In this document: positions 39,366-48,881 of the stretch, in pieces
How the letters are laid out: each line of letters starts with the position of its first letter
Position numbering within the stretch: position 1 is the first letter of the stretch
IMG/VR virus record: IMGVR_UViG_3300017758_000012
Span: 1 to 53,324 of that record
DNA: 53,324 nucleotides
Source of the DNA: a virus
Lineage: Duplodnaviria > Caudoviricetes
Reading direction: 5' to 3' (one strand)
Translations under genes and position numbers: made by a program
Notes under the pieces: generated by a model
What the model saw: only the letters and a program-made list of their open reading frames with translations
What the model was told of the DNA's origin: nothing
The model's database searches: none

Positions 39366-39794
39366 TTAGGCATCATTTGATTCAATAACTAAAGAAATAC
39401 CCCCAGTTCCACTAACATTCAAAGTATTAGGTGGAATAACATTTAGAGGGGCTAATTGGAATGATGAAGTTACTGAGGAAATAACTACACTATTTATATA
39501 ATTTGAAGATACATACCCATTTAAATTAATTCCAGAACTAGTTATTAAAGAACCCGATAAAGATCCAGTAAATCCAAAACTTCCACTACCAAAACTACCA
39601 CTAAAACTACCACTAAAATTTCCATTACTATTTGGTTGTACCCCTATATTAAAATATGCAGAACCATTAGAAGCATTTGGGTGATATATAGTAAATAAAT
39701 AAGGACTTTGAGGTGAATTATTTTGTAATTGTGAACCTATTAAACTTCCGGGTCCATTTAGTTGTGTGGAAGAAAAGTTAAGAGTAAGTGGCAT
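39366..39794 (-). CDS. Gly/Ser-rich putative virion protein
   Basis: FSGSFSGSFGSGSFGFTGSLSGS; preceded by a late-type motif. Confidence 0.6.
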   Translation of the reverse strand: MPLTLNFSSTQLNGPGSLIGSQLQNNSPQSPYLFTIYHPNASNGSAYFNIGVQPNSNGNFSGSFSGSFGSGSFGFTGSLSGSLITSSGINLNGYVSSNYINSVVISSVTSSFQLAPLNVIPPNTLNVSGTGGISLVIESNDA

Positions 39795-39968
39795 AATGTA
39801 ATTTTATTATAAATATTATCAAATTCATAAAGCCGTCTAAGATTTCTTCTTCCTAACATACCCACATACCTAGATACGTATATACTCCCCACCATTGAAA
39901 AATTTATTAAAAAAAATAATTTGGGGGTATGGAATTTTCCAAACCCTTACCCATATGGGAAGTAGTAA

Positions 39969-40049
39969 TTAAAAGTGTAGCGCTAGAGAAAAAACCACCA
40001 CCATGAGTATAATATAAATGGCTGGTGCGATGTCAATTTTCTCTTTCAT
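39969..40049 (-). CDS. Possible 26-aa membrane peptide
   Basis: Own translation MKEKIDIAPAIYIILMVVVFSLALHF; A-rich upstream region. Confidence 0.35.
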   Translation of the reverse strand: MKEKIDIAPAIYIILMVVVFSLALHF

Positions 40050-40059
40050 ATTATTATTC

Positions 40060-40984
40060 ATGGTCATATATAGATTAAGCTGGAATATTAAATGGTAAAG
40101 TAATTGTACTAGGGTGTTACTTGTATATGACTTAATGATGACGAAATTGGTTTACAAAAGTTTTCCAAGGAGGTGATATGATTATTGTTATTCCAGCGTG
40201 GGAGAAGAATGTTACGGTGAAGATTAATACCAACCACCGGTACCTTATATCAATATATACTCATCCGGTGACACTCTTATAAAATCATCACTAAATTGAA
40301 TGTAGGGTTGGTCAATGATATAAGTATATACAATCGATGGGTTATCTACGTGTACGATCTCTTAAGTGGTCCACATCCTTTCTATCGCGTATCCACGCCA
40401 TATGGACATCCGCGCACGGTGGGTATTATTATATAGTACGGCGGCGGTACGCCCGCCAATGGTAGGTATGTAGTAGATATAGCGATAATAGTTGTATCGA
40501 ATCCAGTTACGCGTACGGTGAAGATATTATATAATAAGGTACCCCCAACCTTGGTATAAGGTGCTACCGCATTAACTAATAAGTATAAAATATGTAATAA
40601 GGGGGTACGGTCAACTTACCCACCGTAGTATTATTCCCCACGGCTGGTATTATTACCACAACCGTTCACCCATAAATGTACGACCCCTCCCCCACATATC
40701 CACGCCCTCCCACACATACCTTGCGGTTCACAACCATTCACAATTAATTATTTATGAAAATTCGTGAACAGGGTTGGTTCACAAGTATATATTTGGTAAC
40801 TATAGTAGAGTTTGGATGCGCATCAAATGGGGGTTAACACCACCTCGCTTCTATGTCATATAACCCCATTATTCATTGTCACATGCAATTGATATTTATC
40901 ATCTACTTGTCATAATTGGTAGGTGCTTGTCCTACTTATGGATTTAGAAATGGAGCCCACGCAACACTCCACGTAGTTACCCGT
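40060..40984. other. Non-coding, more GC-rich island with nested inverted and direct repeats (candidate ncRNA, origin or terminus)
   Basis: No ORF of 60 aa or more; multiple hairpins and repeats (see findings). Confidence 0.55.
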
Positions 40985-41134
40985 TTATTCCAGTCTATTA
41001 CCCAATGAATTTCCATCTCTATCTACGTCATCGCTTAAATAAACTCCATAGATAATACACCCACACCCAATAATTGTCCAGTTCAAAATCAATGCACTTA
41101 TCCCAAGTAACATCCACATTAACCATTTATTCAT
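40985..41134 (-). CDS. Small membrane protein, 49 aa
   Basis: Own translation MNKWLMWMLLGISALILNWTIIGCGCIIYGVYLSDDVDRDGNSLGNRLE. Confidence 0.5.
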   Translation of the reverse strand: MNKWLMWMLLGISALILNWTIIGCGCIIYGVYLSDDVDRDGNSLGNRLE

Positions 41135-41144
41135 ATCATTATCA

Positions 41145-41369
41145 TTATTTAATTTTATCAATTATCCACTCGGGGAAGGTCCACTTCTTAGCGATGCGAT
41201 GTACCTTTATTCCCCAATGCTCAAGTGAAAGTATTTTAGTTAAACACGGCTCACATATGATATTTTTACCTGATCCCTCTTTCTTCACCGTAATCTCTAT
41301 CCACGCTGAATTTACTTCATCACACACATTACATCTCCTCTTCCACTTGACTTCCCTTATTCGTTTCAT
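41145..41369 (-). CDS. Small Zn-finger-like protein
   Basis: CNVC...CEPC. Confidence 0.6.
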   Translation of the reverse strand: MKRIREVKWKRRCNVCDEVNSAWIEITVKKEGSGKNIICEPCLTKILSLEHWGIKVHRIAKKWTFPEWIIDKIK

Positions 41370-41536
41370 ACTTCTTGATCATTCCACCAATCATCTTCAC
41401 TATCAAATTCATCTTTATAGAATTCTTCCAATCGATCTTGCTTACGCTCATCTGCTATACCCTCCATATAATTAACGAAAAATCCTGCACCAATAACTAG
41501 CGCAATCACACCAATACCTGCTAAAACTTCTATCAT
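41366..41536 (-). CDS. Small membrane protein with acidic tail, 56 aa
   Basis: Own translation MIEVLAGIGVIALVIGAGFFVNYMEG...DDWWNDQEV; ATGA overlap with the next gene. Confidence 0.6.
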   Translation of the reverse strand: MIEVLAGIGVIALVIGAGFFVNYMEGIADERKQDRLEEFYKDEFDSEDDWWNDQEV

Positions 41537-41609
41537 AACCTATTTATTTTAATTAATAACTGTATATACGTAGTAAATCAATGCAATATGTAGAGAAGAG
41601 CTTGAAGCT

Positions 41610-42479
41610 TTATTTTTCTCTTATTATTGCTTTTAATTTTCTTTCCTCTGCTTTTAATCTTACTTGCTCTTTTTTTACTTTTTTTAATCTCATTTGAGCT
41701 ATAAACTTTTTAGGTATAAATAATACATCCCAATTTTTATCTATATTTCCCTTACCTAATATTTTGTAAGTATAACCTAAGTCTAACAATGATTTATATT
41801 TATTTTCTAAATTTAATTTTGATATTGGCTCCTTTTTACTATAATCATCCATACATTCCATAACAATTATAGGTTTGAATTTTTTTATTGTGTTTAATCC
41901 TCCTTTTATTACTTTTTCTTCATATCCTTCTACATCTATTTTTAAATAATCTAGTCTATCTAAAGTTAAAACATCAAGATTAATTAAATCTATTTTAGTT
42001 TCAATACTATTAGTTGATCCATTTTCAGCAGAACTTAAAACTTCATTAGTAACCATACCTCCTTCTAATATAGTTGCTCCAGAATTATTATTCCCAATCC
42101 AACCTATTTTTGTTGACTCAATCTTATCTCCTACACCTACTTGTTTTGATATAACATTTTTACATTCATTTAATGATATGTTCTTATTTAATAAATCAAA
42201 AGATTCTTTTGTAGGTTCAAAAGCATAAACAGTTTTAGCTAATTTACTAAATACCATAGTAAGTGTACCAATATGAGCCCCTATCTCTACTACTACAGAA
42301 TCAGAATTAATATATTTTGAAGCTAAATAGTGTTGATACTCTTCCCATCTATATCCCTTTCTTATACAATCTGATATTATACAATTTTTATAAAGTTGGA
42401 ATTTAATAGTGTGTTCTTTAAAATAATTTCTTACATCCCAAACTTTTTCATCTACTATAAATGTATTATTTTTTCCCAT
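41610..42479 (-). CDS. FkbM family methyltransferase
   Basis: VEIGAHIG, YAFEP, LKIDVEGYE. Confidence 0.9.
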   Translation of the reverse strand: MGKNNTFIVDEKVWDVRNYFKEHTIKFQLYKNCIISDCIRKGYRWEEYQHYLASKYINSDSVVVEIGAHIGTLTMVFSKLAKTVYAFEPTKESFDLLNKNISLNECKNVISKQVGVGDKIESTKIGWIGNNNSGATILEGGMVTNEVLSSAENGSTNSIETKIDLINLDVLTLDRLDYLKIDVEGYEEKVIKGGLNTIKKFKPIIVMECMDDYSKKEPISKLNLENKYKSLLDLGYTYKILGKGNIDKNWDVLFIPKKFIAQMRLKKVKKEQVRLKAEERKLKAIIREK

Positions 42480-42619
42480 TACTTTAATCTTAATTGTTTA
42501 TTAAATACATATCTTTCAATTGGACTTAACCCTTCATACCAATTTGGGAAATCACCACCTTTAATATTCATATATTCGTCCCAAATTCTTTTATACACCA
42601 TAACTTTCATTTGGTCCAT
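42479..42619 (-). CDS. Small hypothetical protein, up to 46 aa
   Basis: Own translation MDQMKVMVYKRIWDEYMNIKGGDFPNWYEGLSPIERYVFNKQLRLK; TAATG coupling to the FkbM gene. Confidence 0.5.
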   Translation of the reverse strand: MDQMKVMVYKRIWDEYMNIKGGDFPNWYEGLSPIERYVFNKQLRLK

Positions 42620-42785
42620 TCATATCATATGATATTTTATTCTTTACTTTTATAATAGCTTTATCCATTCTATCTGCTACTTCCATATGTGGATGTTTTT
42701 TAGCTAATTTTTGGGATTCTTTCATAACTTTATCATATATTCCTAACTCACGTGCTTCATATAATATGTCTTCTACATTTGCCAT
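42591..42785 (-). CDS. Hypothetical protein
   Basis: 64-aa ORF. Confidence 0.6.
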   Translation of the reverse strand: MANVEDILYEARELGIYDKVMKESQKLAKKHPHMEVADRMDKAIIKVKNKISYDMNGPNESYGV

Positions 42786-42788
42786 AAT

Positions 42789-43712
42789 TTATAAATTTAA
42801 TTGTATTTTCTTTCTATATTCTAAATAATCCCACTCACTGAACATTGTATTGGGATTATAATCTTTTTGTCCTTTATACCATTCTTTGTTGGGTTTTGTC
42901 CTTAAATAATCTTCTAATTGTCCATGGATTGCATTATCAATATAATCAGGTTCTGCTCTAAACCAATCTGCACAAAATTCTCTATAACCATCATCTGTTT
43001 GTCTACCACTAAAAAATGGTCCTACACCATAACATTCCTCAAACCATAAAGCTTTATAATTATTTAAGTAAAACAATATATTAAGTATTGATTGGTCATG
43101 GCGATGTTCTATAAAACCATCTAATTGTTTATTATTACCTAAATCATCATTAGTAAATAAATAATTGTTTTTAGTTATTAACTCTAACCACAATTTAATA
43201 ATATCTATACTTTCTTTACATTTACGAATAGCTATCATTCCACTTTCACTATGTGATGAATTTAAAAACTTTTTATTGTTTTCTAAATTAAATTCTTTAA
43301 GGAGTGATAATTTTACAAACTTTTGTTGTGTATAACCACCACCACCATCTCCTTCTGCATTACCTTCACCATTTATTAAAATAGGTTGTTTATGTAATTT
43401 GTGTAAATATTCATTTAATTTATCTTTTCTATGTGGTAATATTCTTGATCCTGCATCTGTATAAAACAAATAATCCCCATTATCCATATACATTAGTTGG
43501 TTTAATAAAATATAAGGTTTCCATATCCAATAACCAAACCCTCTTGGATTATTATTAATAAAATCTTTATGTTTATCTATAAAATCTTTTATTTTAGAAG
43601 GTGTAGATGCTATTACATCATCAAACCATCCTGTTTCTTTAGCTTCGCTGCAAATTCTATCTAGTTGATTTTTAAATATCCCGTTACCAAAACTAATAAA
43701 ATATTTTTTCAT
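42789..43712 (-). CDS. Putative glycosyltransferase (GT-A-like)
   Basis: GFGYWIWKPY, FYTDAG, EHRHDQSIL. Confidence 0.7.
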   Translation of the reverse strand: MKKYFISFGNGIFKNQLDRICSEAKETGWFDDVIASTPSKIKDFIDKHKDFINNNPRGFGYWIWKPYILLNQLMYMDNGDYLFYTDAGSRILPHRKDKLNEYLHKLHKQPILINGEGNAEGDGGGGYTQQKFVKLSLLKEFNLENNKKFLNSSHSESGMIAIRKCKESIDIIKLWLELITKNNYLFTNDDLGNNKQLDGFIEHRHDQSILNILFYLNNYKALWFEECYGVGPFFSGRQTDDGYREFCADWFRAEPDYIDNAIHGQLEDYLRTKPNKEWYKGQKDYNPNTMFSEWDYLEYRKKIQLNL

Positions 43713-43933
43713 TATAATAACCCTTTATCTTTACATTCATTTAAAAAATCATTTGGATACATTTGTATTCTACCTGTATAACTTGGATTATTTATTTTTT
43801 TATTTTGTATAGTAACCTTACATTTAGCTGCTTCATATGCTATTCTTTGTCCTAATTCACCACCAGCAGCATGACCTAAATAATCATATAATGATAAATA
43901 ATCTCCTGTGTATGATTTAATTTTACTTTTCAT
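43712..43933 (-). CDS. Hypothetical protein
   Basis: 73-aa ORF coupled to neighbours. Confidence 0.65.
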   Translation of the reverse strand: MKSKIKSYTGDYLSLYDYLGHAAGGELGQRIAYEAAKCKVTIQNKKINNPSYTGRIQMYPNDFLNECKDKGLL

Positions 43934-44156
43934 AACTTACATATATTAATTCCTTACCATATTTATGTTTTTTACTACGATCTTTACCTTTAGCAATAGT
44001 ATAGTTTTCTCTTAAACGTACTAATTCTAATTCCACTTGGTTACGTGAAGGAATATTTCTAACTGATATAGTGTTTCTAATACCTTTTGTAGTTTTTGTT
44101 TTTTCATCTACAATTTTTGGTGCTTTTTCAATATGTGCTGTTAATCTAAAACCCAT
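43923..44156 (-). CDS. Hypothetical protein
   Basis: 77-aa basic ORF. Confidence 0.6.
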   Translation of the reverse strand: MGFRLTAHIEKAPKIVDEKTKTTKGIRNTISVRNIPSRNQVELELVRLRENYTIAKGKDRSKKHKYGKELIYVSYEK

Positions 44157-44158
44157 GT

Positions 44159-44671
44159 TTATTTTTTATTTATATATAATTTATTATTTCTAATATACAT
44201 TTTACCTACTGGAATTTCAGTTAATTCTCTACCTAGTAAATCATATATTTTATTATTATTAATTTTATTTAATATTAATTCATTTATTAATGTTGTACCT
44301 CCCATATTAAATAATACATAAGTACTATCAGTATAATCAAATATTAATGAATCACAGTGACTACATACTACCATTTGATTAGGAGTATAAACATAAGCAT
44401 CATAACAAAATTTAACTGTGTCAGTCATATTTATTTGAGGAAAAGAATATGGATTATTACCTTGTGGTGTATAACATGCTACTGAATTACACGCTGAAAA
44501 TAGCCATTCAATTGAATCTACCATATTTATAATTCCACTTGCTTCTCCATATACTGTTAAAGGTAAACCTTGTATTACAGTATACGACAATGAGTCACAT
44601 AAATTTGATTGTGCTTGTGTTTGTGTTTGTAGTCCAAGCGAAACTAATAATACTAATAATATTTTTTTCAT
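44159..44671 (-). CDS. Secreted protein with T9SS C-terminal sorting domain-like tail
   Basis: MKKILLVLLVSLG signal peptide; KIYDLLGRE...GKMYIRNNKLYINKK. Confidence 0.7.
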   Translation of the reverse strand: MKKILLVLLVSLGLQTQTQAQSNLCDSLSYTVIQGLPLTVYGEASGIINMVDSIEWLFSACNSVACYTPQGNNPYSFPQINMTDTVKFCYDAYVYTPNQMVVCSHCDSLIFDYTDSTYVLFNMGGTTLINELILNKINNNKIYDLLGRELTEIPVGKMYIRNNKLYINKK

Positions 44672-44703
44672 TTTATGTATTTGTTTACTTTAATATACGA
44701 AAT

Positions 44704-45117
44704 TTATTTATCTTTACCAACCTTACTTATTTTTTCTTTCACATCATCATGCCACATTTCCATCTCATCAATATTATAATCAACAGTATTATCATCATCA
44801 ACTACTATTTTTAACATACCATAAGAATCTCCCCCTTTAGAAGTAAGTTGTCTATATTTTTGATATATAATTTCATCTTTTTCATGACATTTATTACATA
44901 CAACTCCTCTACCAACTGTATTAGTTGCTTGATCATATAATGATACTTCTTCTAATAATTTTTGATCAATTTTTCCATCAACATTGTCATACCAAAATTG
45001 GCCATATTCTTTATCCCACTCTTTAATTAATTTTTCATAACCCTCATTTAAAGGAGACATTGCTGTATAATGTTCTTCATTTTTTGTGTTTTTGCCACAC
45101 CAATCACATTTATTCAT
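44704..45117 (-). CDS. Hypothetical Zn-binding protein
   Basis: CDWC...CNKC. Confidence 0.65.
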   Translation of the reverse strand: MNKCDWCGKNTKNEEHYTAMSPLNEGYEKLIKEWDKEYGQFWYDNVDGKIDQKLLEEVSLYDQATNTVGRGVVCNKCHEKDEIIYQKYRQLTSKGGDSYGMLKIVVDDDNTVDYNIDEMEMWHDDVKEKISKVGKDK

Positions 45118-45127
45118 AATATTTAAT

Positions 45128-45388
45128 TTAATCTAATAATATTTTATATGCCTCAAGATTATGTTTTCTAAACCAATCTAAGCCATGCTTAAATCGTTTA
45201 ATACCATCCTCAGGTATATTACCAGGCATCATTTCAAACACTAACTGACTACCAACTATAAAATCATACATCGATAGCTCCTCAGCTGTTAATTCAAATT
45301 CCTCACCTGAAAACGGATTTCTAACTACATCACCCTTATCATACACTGTTCCATCAAACCAATCTGGTAGTTTATTTATAGATCCCAT
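45128..45388 (-). CDS. Hypothetical phage protein
   Basis: 86-aa ORF. Confidence 0.7.
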   Translation of the reverse strand: MGSINKLPDWFDGTVYDKGDVVRNPFSGEEFELTAEELSMYDFIVGSQLVFEMMPGNIPEDGIKRFKHGLDWFRKHNLEAYKILLD

Positions 45389-45446
45389 ACGCTGTGTTTT
45401 CTTTTACGTCTATGATATTCATACCATATACTTTTAATTAGTTTTA

Positions 45447-46163
45447 TCATTTGTTAAATAAATATTTCATTACGGGTAAAGATTCTTCAAATGTGTTTCT
45501 AGTAATTGAAGAATTTATTTCATTTATATATTTTAAATTAACCCACCAATCTTCAAAAGGTGAACCATATTCTTTTGATATATTCCCAGCTATTAAAACA
45601 TACCCCTTAGACTCTAAAAACTTTCTGGATTTTATTCTCCATTCAGGTTCTGCATAAGCATCATGTTCATAAGTTATAACTTTAAAATCAACTGTATCAA
45701 ATGGTAATCTCTCTAAACATTCATAAGTACCTCCTGGTGGGTCTATATCAACTTGTAGATAATCTATTATAGTATTATTTAAAATATTTTTCCAATCACA
45801 AGTTATAGCATTAGTTAATAATAAAGGTTGATCTCTATCTTTATGCCACTTTTCGTCCCAATATTTTTTAAACCCACTTTTTGAAAAGCTCTGATTATCA
45901 CAAGTTATAACTACACTATCATCCCAATCATCATATCCATAATCTATAGATAAACCATTCCACCCAAATTCCTTTTCTAGTAAATATGTATTATTTCCAC
46001 TTACAGGACCAGCAGCTCCAATTTCTAAATATGTTCCCTCTTTTTTTCCATCTAAACATTGTAATACAAAAATATCTTGAAATACTTCTGAATAGTTTGT
46101 TTTAATTTTATTACTACCTTTAAAGGGAACTAATAAATCTTTTAAATCGTGTCTTAATAACAT
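45447..46163 (-). CDS. FkbM-like (Methyltransf_21) methyltransferase
   Basis: YLEIGAA...NNTYLLE, IDYLQVDID, ITYEHD, EDWW. Confidence 0.8.
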   Translation of the reverse strand: MLLRHDLKDLLVPFKGSNKIKTNYSEVFQDIFVLQCLDGKKEGTYLEIGAAGPVSGNNTYLLEKEFGWNGLSIDYGYDDWDDSVVITCDNQSFSKSGFKKYWDEKWHKDRDQPLLLTNAITCDWKNILNNTIIDYLQVDIDPPGGTYECLERLPFDTVDFKVITYEHDAYAEPEWRIKSRKFLESKGYVLIAGNISKEYGSPFEDWWVNLKYINEINSSITRNTFEESLPVMKYLFNK

Positions 46164-46171
46164 AATATATT

Positions 46172-47035
46172 TTAATTATTTAATAAATATTTTTTAATAT
46201 GAGATAAATTACCAACATTATCAATTATTTTAAAGAGTTCTGTGTAGTCAAACTCTATTAAAGAAAATCTTTCTCTCCCTAAAAGATCTGATGATGATAA
46301 TTTAGGGTTGAAATTAATTATTTGTTCTTTTGTATCATTACTTCTTAGTTTTTTTATAACTTCTGGGAATTCTAAATGCCAAGAATGTGAATTTAATTTA
46401 TGTAATCTTTCTTTAGAATTACCCATCCATGATAAATGCCATCCTAATTTTATATCTTCAAACCAAAATATTTTATAAGGGAAAGAATCAATATGACCCC
46501 CAATTCCACATTCGGGTCTTACTTTTGATGGGTTATGTAATTTCCAAAATGATCCTTTTGCTATAAAGGGTACTCTACAGAAATCAGGATTAATACCATC
46601 TATAGATAAAACATAATTAACTTGATATTGCAAATTATAAGTATTATTAAGTAATAAAGTATCAGGATTAGCATTTACAAAATCAATATGTTTTTGAAGA
46701 TATTGAGGATGATATAATTCATCAATATCTGCTATAATAAGTATATCATCTTCATTGCAATGTTCTGTTAAAAAACTTCTACATTTATTTTCAATAGCAT
46801 TAGGATTATTTTCATTATCTATAGACTTTAAATCAACTTCAACTAATTTAATTTTAGGATCATCTTCAAACCCAAGATCTTTTAAATATTCTTTACATAC
46901 CATAGGTTTTGGATCTCCTCTAAAGGTACGATTACCCTCAACTATAGTAAATCTATCAACATAATTATATAAAACTTTTAATCTTAATTCTAAAAGTTCT
47001 AATTCACCATTAAATAGAAAACTGTCTATAACCAT
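46172..47035 (-). CDS. Glycosyltransferase family 17-like
   Basis: DSFLFNGELELLELRL, IVEGNRTFRG.PKP, ADIDE, GWHLSWMG. Confidence 0.85.
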   Translation of the reverse strand: MVIDSFLFNGELELLELRLKVLYNYVDRFTIVEGNRTFRGDPKPMVCKEYLKDLGFEDDPKIKLVEVDLKSIDNENNPNAIENKCRSFLTEHCNEDDILIIADIDELYHPQYLQKHIDFVNANPDTLLLNNTYNLQYQVNYVLSIDGINPDFCRVPFIAKGSFWKLHNPSKVRPECGIGGHIDSFPYKIFWFEDIKLGWHLSWMGNSKERLHKLNSHSWHLEFPEVIKKLRSNDTKEQIINFNPKLSSSDLLGRERFSLIEFDYTELFKIIDNVGNLSHIKKYLLNN

Positions 47036-47049
47036 TTTATTTATAACTA

Positions 47050-47427
47050 TTACTCTCCTCTATTTACATAACTATACCACCAAACAGCAACTATTGATAA
47101 CACAACAATAGATCCAAATACAAATAATAAAAACCAAGGACTATTATAATCGATTAAAAATGTTGGTGCCACCATAGCTACTAACCATGCTAAAAATATC
47201 CAACCAGTATTAGTTTCTAACTTTTTTTCAACTTTAACAGTTAATTCTTTATTAATTAATCTATTTAAAGCTGTCTGCATGTCTCTCCCATATACAGGTT
47301 GTTTATGAATAGTACCATCTTTTTCACCTATTGTAACTAAGTATTTATAATAACCTTTGTAAGTTTTACTTTCACCTAATAATTTACAAAATAAAGCTCT
47401 ACGTTTATCGTACTTTTTACTAGCCAT
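47050..47427 (-). CDS. Hypothetical membrane protein
   Basis: Two C-terminal hydrophobic segments. Confidence 0.7.
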   Translation of the reverse strand: MASKKYDKRRALFCKLLGESKTYKGYYKYLVTIGEKDGTIHKQPVYGRDMQTALNRLINKELTVKVEKKLETNTGWIFLAWLVAMVAPTFLIDYNSPWFLLFVFGSIVVLSIVAVWWYSYVNRGE

Positions 47428-47641
47428 TTTGAGTATCTTTAATTATATTATCCATTCCTTCAATTGTAACCCCTTCAGGAAATACTGATTTAAATACTTC
47501 TCTACCTGCTTGTCTATATCTTTTTAGAATAAAATTTACTTTTTTTCTTCTAATAACATATTCTTCATATGTTTCATTTTCACCCCTAGCAGGATTCATA
47601 TTTAAATTCGAAAATAAGGGTTTTGTGTTTGTATTAGTCAT
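47420..47641 (-). CDS. Hypothetical protein
   Basis: 73-aa ORF. Confidence 0.65.
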   Translation of the reverse strand: MTNTNTKPLFSNLNMNPARGENETYEEYVIRRKKVNFILKRYRQAGREVFKSVFPEGVTIEGMDNIIKDTQNG

Positions 47642-47647
47642 AAGTTT

Positions 47648-47908
47648 TTAATTTATTAATTCTCTATTATGTATATCACCTGGTTTTCTTTTCCAAATTT
47701 CACCTGTACTTGGGTTTCTTTCAAAAATCCATCCTTCATTAACTAAATAATTAGCTACTGTATCCATAGTTATATCATTATCTTTAACTTCTAAATTATT
47801 TTCTTTAATGTTTAATTTAATTATATCATCCATCTTAACATAAACATAACCTTCGATAATTTGTTTAGAACAATTATCCCAAATGCAATTTGTTATCTTT
47901 TTATCCAT
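47648..47908 (-). CDS. Hypothetical protein
   Basis: 86-aa ORF. Confidence 0.65.
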   Translation of the reverse strand: MDKKITNCIWDNCSKQIIEGYVYVKMDDIIKLNIKENNLEVKDNDITMDTVANYLVNEGWIFERNPSTGEIWKRKPGDIHNRELIN

Positions 47909-47909
47909 T

Positions 47910-48197
47910 TTATAATTTATTTTTTAGCTTTACTAATTCACTACATTTTTCATATTCTTCTCCTTCAGTATAATATTCAATCATCCCCTCTAAAATTTCT
48001 CTCTTTTTTTCATTTGACAATGATTTTTCAGATGGGTCAACTAATAGGGGTATATCAATATCTTGTTCAAATAATTCTTCTATTGTAATTTTTCCCATTA
48101 ATATACTAAAAGTATTTTCATTAGCCAACCTAACTAATTCTTCGTTTGTGATTTCATTTTTTTCATAGTTGTTAAAAAAGTTATTAAAATTTTCCAT
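47910..48197 (-). CDS. Hypothetical protein with C-terminal UVR-like motif
   Basis: YTEGEEYEKCSELVKL, similar to 33364..33786. Confidence 0.65.
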   Translation of the reverse strand: MENFNNFFNNYEKNEITNEELVRLANENTFSILMGKITIEELFEQDIDIPLLVDPSEKSLSNEKKREILEGMIEYYTEGEEYEKCSELVKLKNKL

Positions 48198-48203
48198 AAT
48201 TTG

Positions 48204-48881
48204 TTATTTTTTAGTTATAAATATTCTATCTTCTCTATCTATTTTTTTTATATAGGGATTAAGAACCCTCCTTTTATGTTTAGTTTTATCAAAGTAAGCT
48301 CCAAATATTCTTTCATACATTTCTGTTTCTATTTTATTGGTTGGGGGATTAATTAAAAATTTAAATAATTTACTTAAATCAGATCTTGTTATTAACAAAG
48401 TATTATGTTGGCATAAAATAAAATCTTCATTTACCATATCATCAAAATTTATATTTTGTTTAAACATTTTATGATTTAATAAATCTTGAGATGAAAAACC
48501 TCTTCCCATAAGTTTAAATCCTCCAGAATGGAATATAGTATAAGGAGAATTATCTTCTATCAAATCAATATCAAATGGTTTTTCAAAAATAATTGTATCT
48601 TGTAAGCAAAAGTAAAAATCATAATATGGAAAATTATCATGAGCATATTTATAAGCTCCCCATTCATAATTTTTGTTTTTGTTAAATATTATTTCTACAT
48701 CAGGAAATTTACTTTTTATTATATCATAAGTTGTTAATATATTACTATCATTATCTACACATACTATTGCAATACGAAAATGATTAATATTTATAACTTT
48801 ACTATATACACTTTGAATACTATCTAATAAAGATGAAGGAGGATTATAACAAGAATATACTACTAATACAGATCTATCCAT
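48204..48881 (-). CDS. Glycosyltransferase family 2-like
   Basis: VCVDNDS, NYEWGAY, CLQD, ERIFG. Confidence 0.7.
   Translation of the reverse strand: MDRSVLVVYSCYNPPSSLLDSIQSVYSKVININHFRIAIVCVDNDSNILTTYDIIKSKFPDVEIIFNKNKNYEWGAYKYAHDNFPYYDFYFCLQDTIIFEKPFDIDLIEDNSPYTIFHSGGFKLMGRGFSSQDLLNHKMFKQNINFDDMVNEDFILCQHNTLLITRSDLSKLFKFLINPPTNKIETEMYERIFGAYFDKTKHKRRVLNPYIKKIDREDRIFITKK

Larger units (their letters stand above)
4001..39815 (-). promoter_or_regulatory. Recurrent putative late-promoter motif TATTTATA (coding strand)
   Basis: + strand TATAAATA starts at 4001, 5082, 9005, 14221, 27608, 31149, 33791 and 39808, each 5-20 nt upstream of a minus-strand start codon. Confidence 0.6.

Noticed and set aside
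40167-40282. Plus-strand 34-aa ORF after a perfect AAGGAGGTGAT Shine-Dalgarno-like sequence (also an anti-SD mimic on the minus strand)
   Set aside because: Single short match with atypically tight spacing, opposite to all other genes, in a genome whose genes lack SD motifs; chance cannot be excluded.
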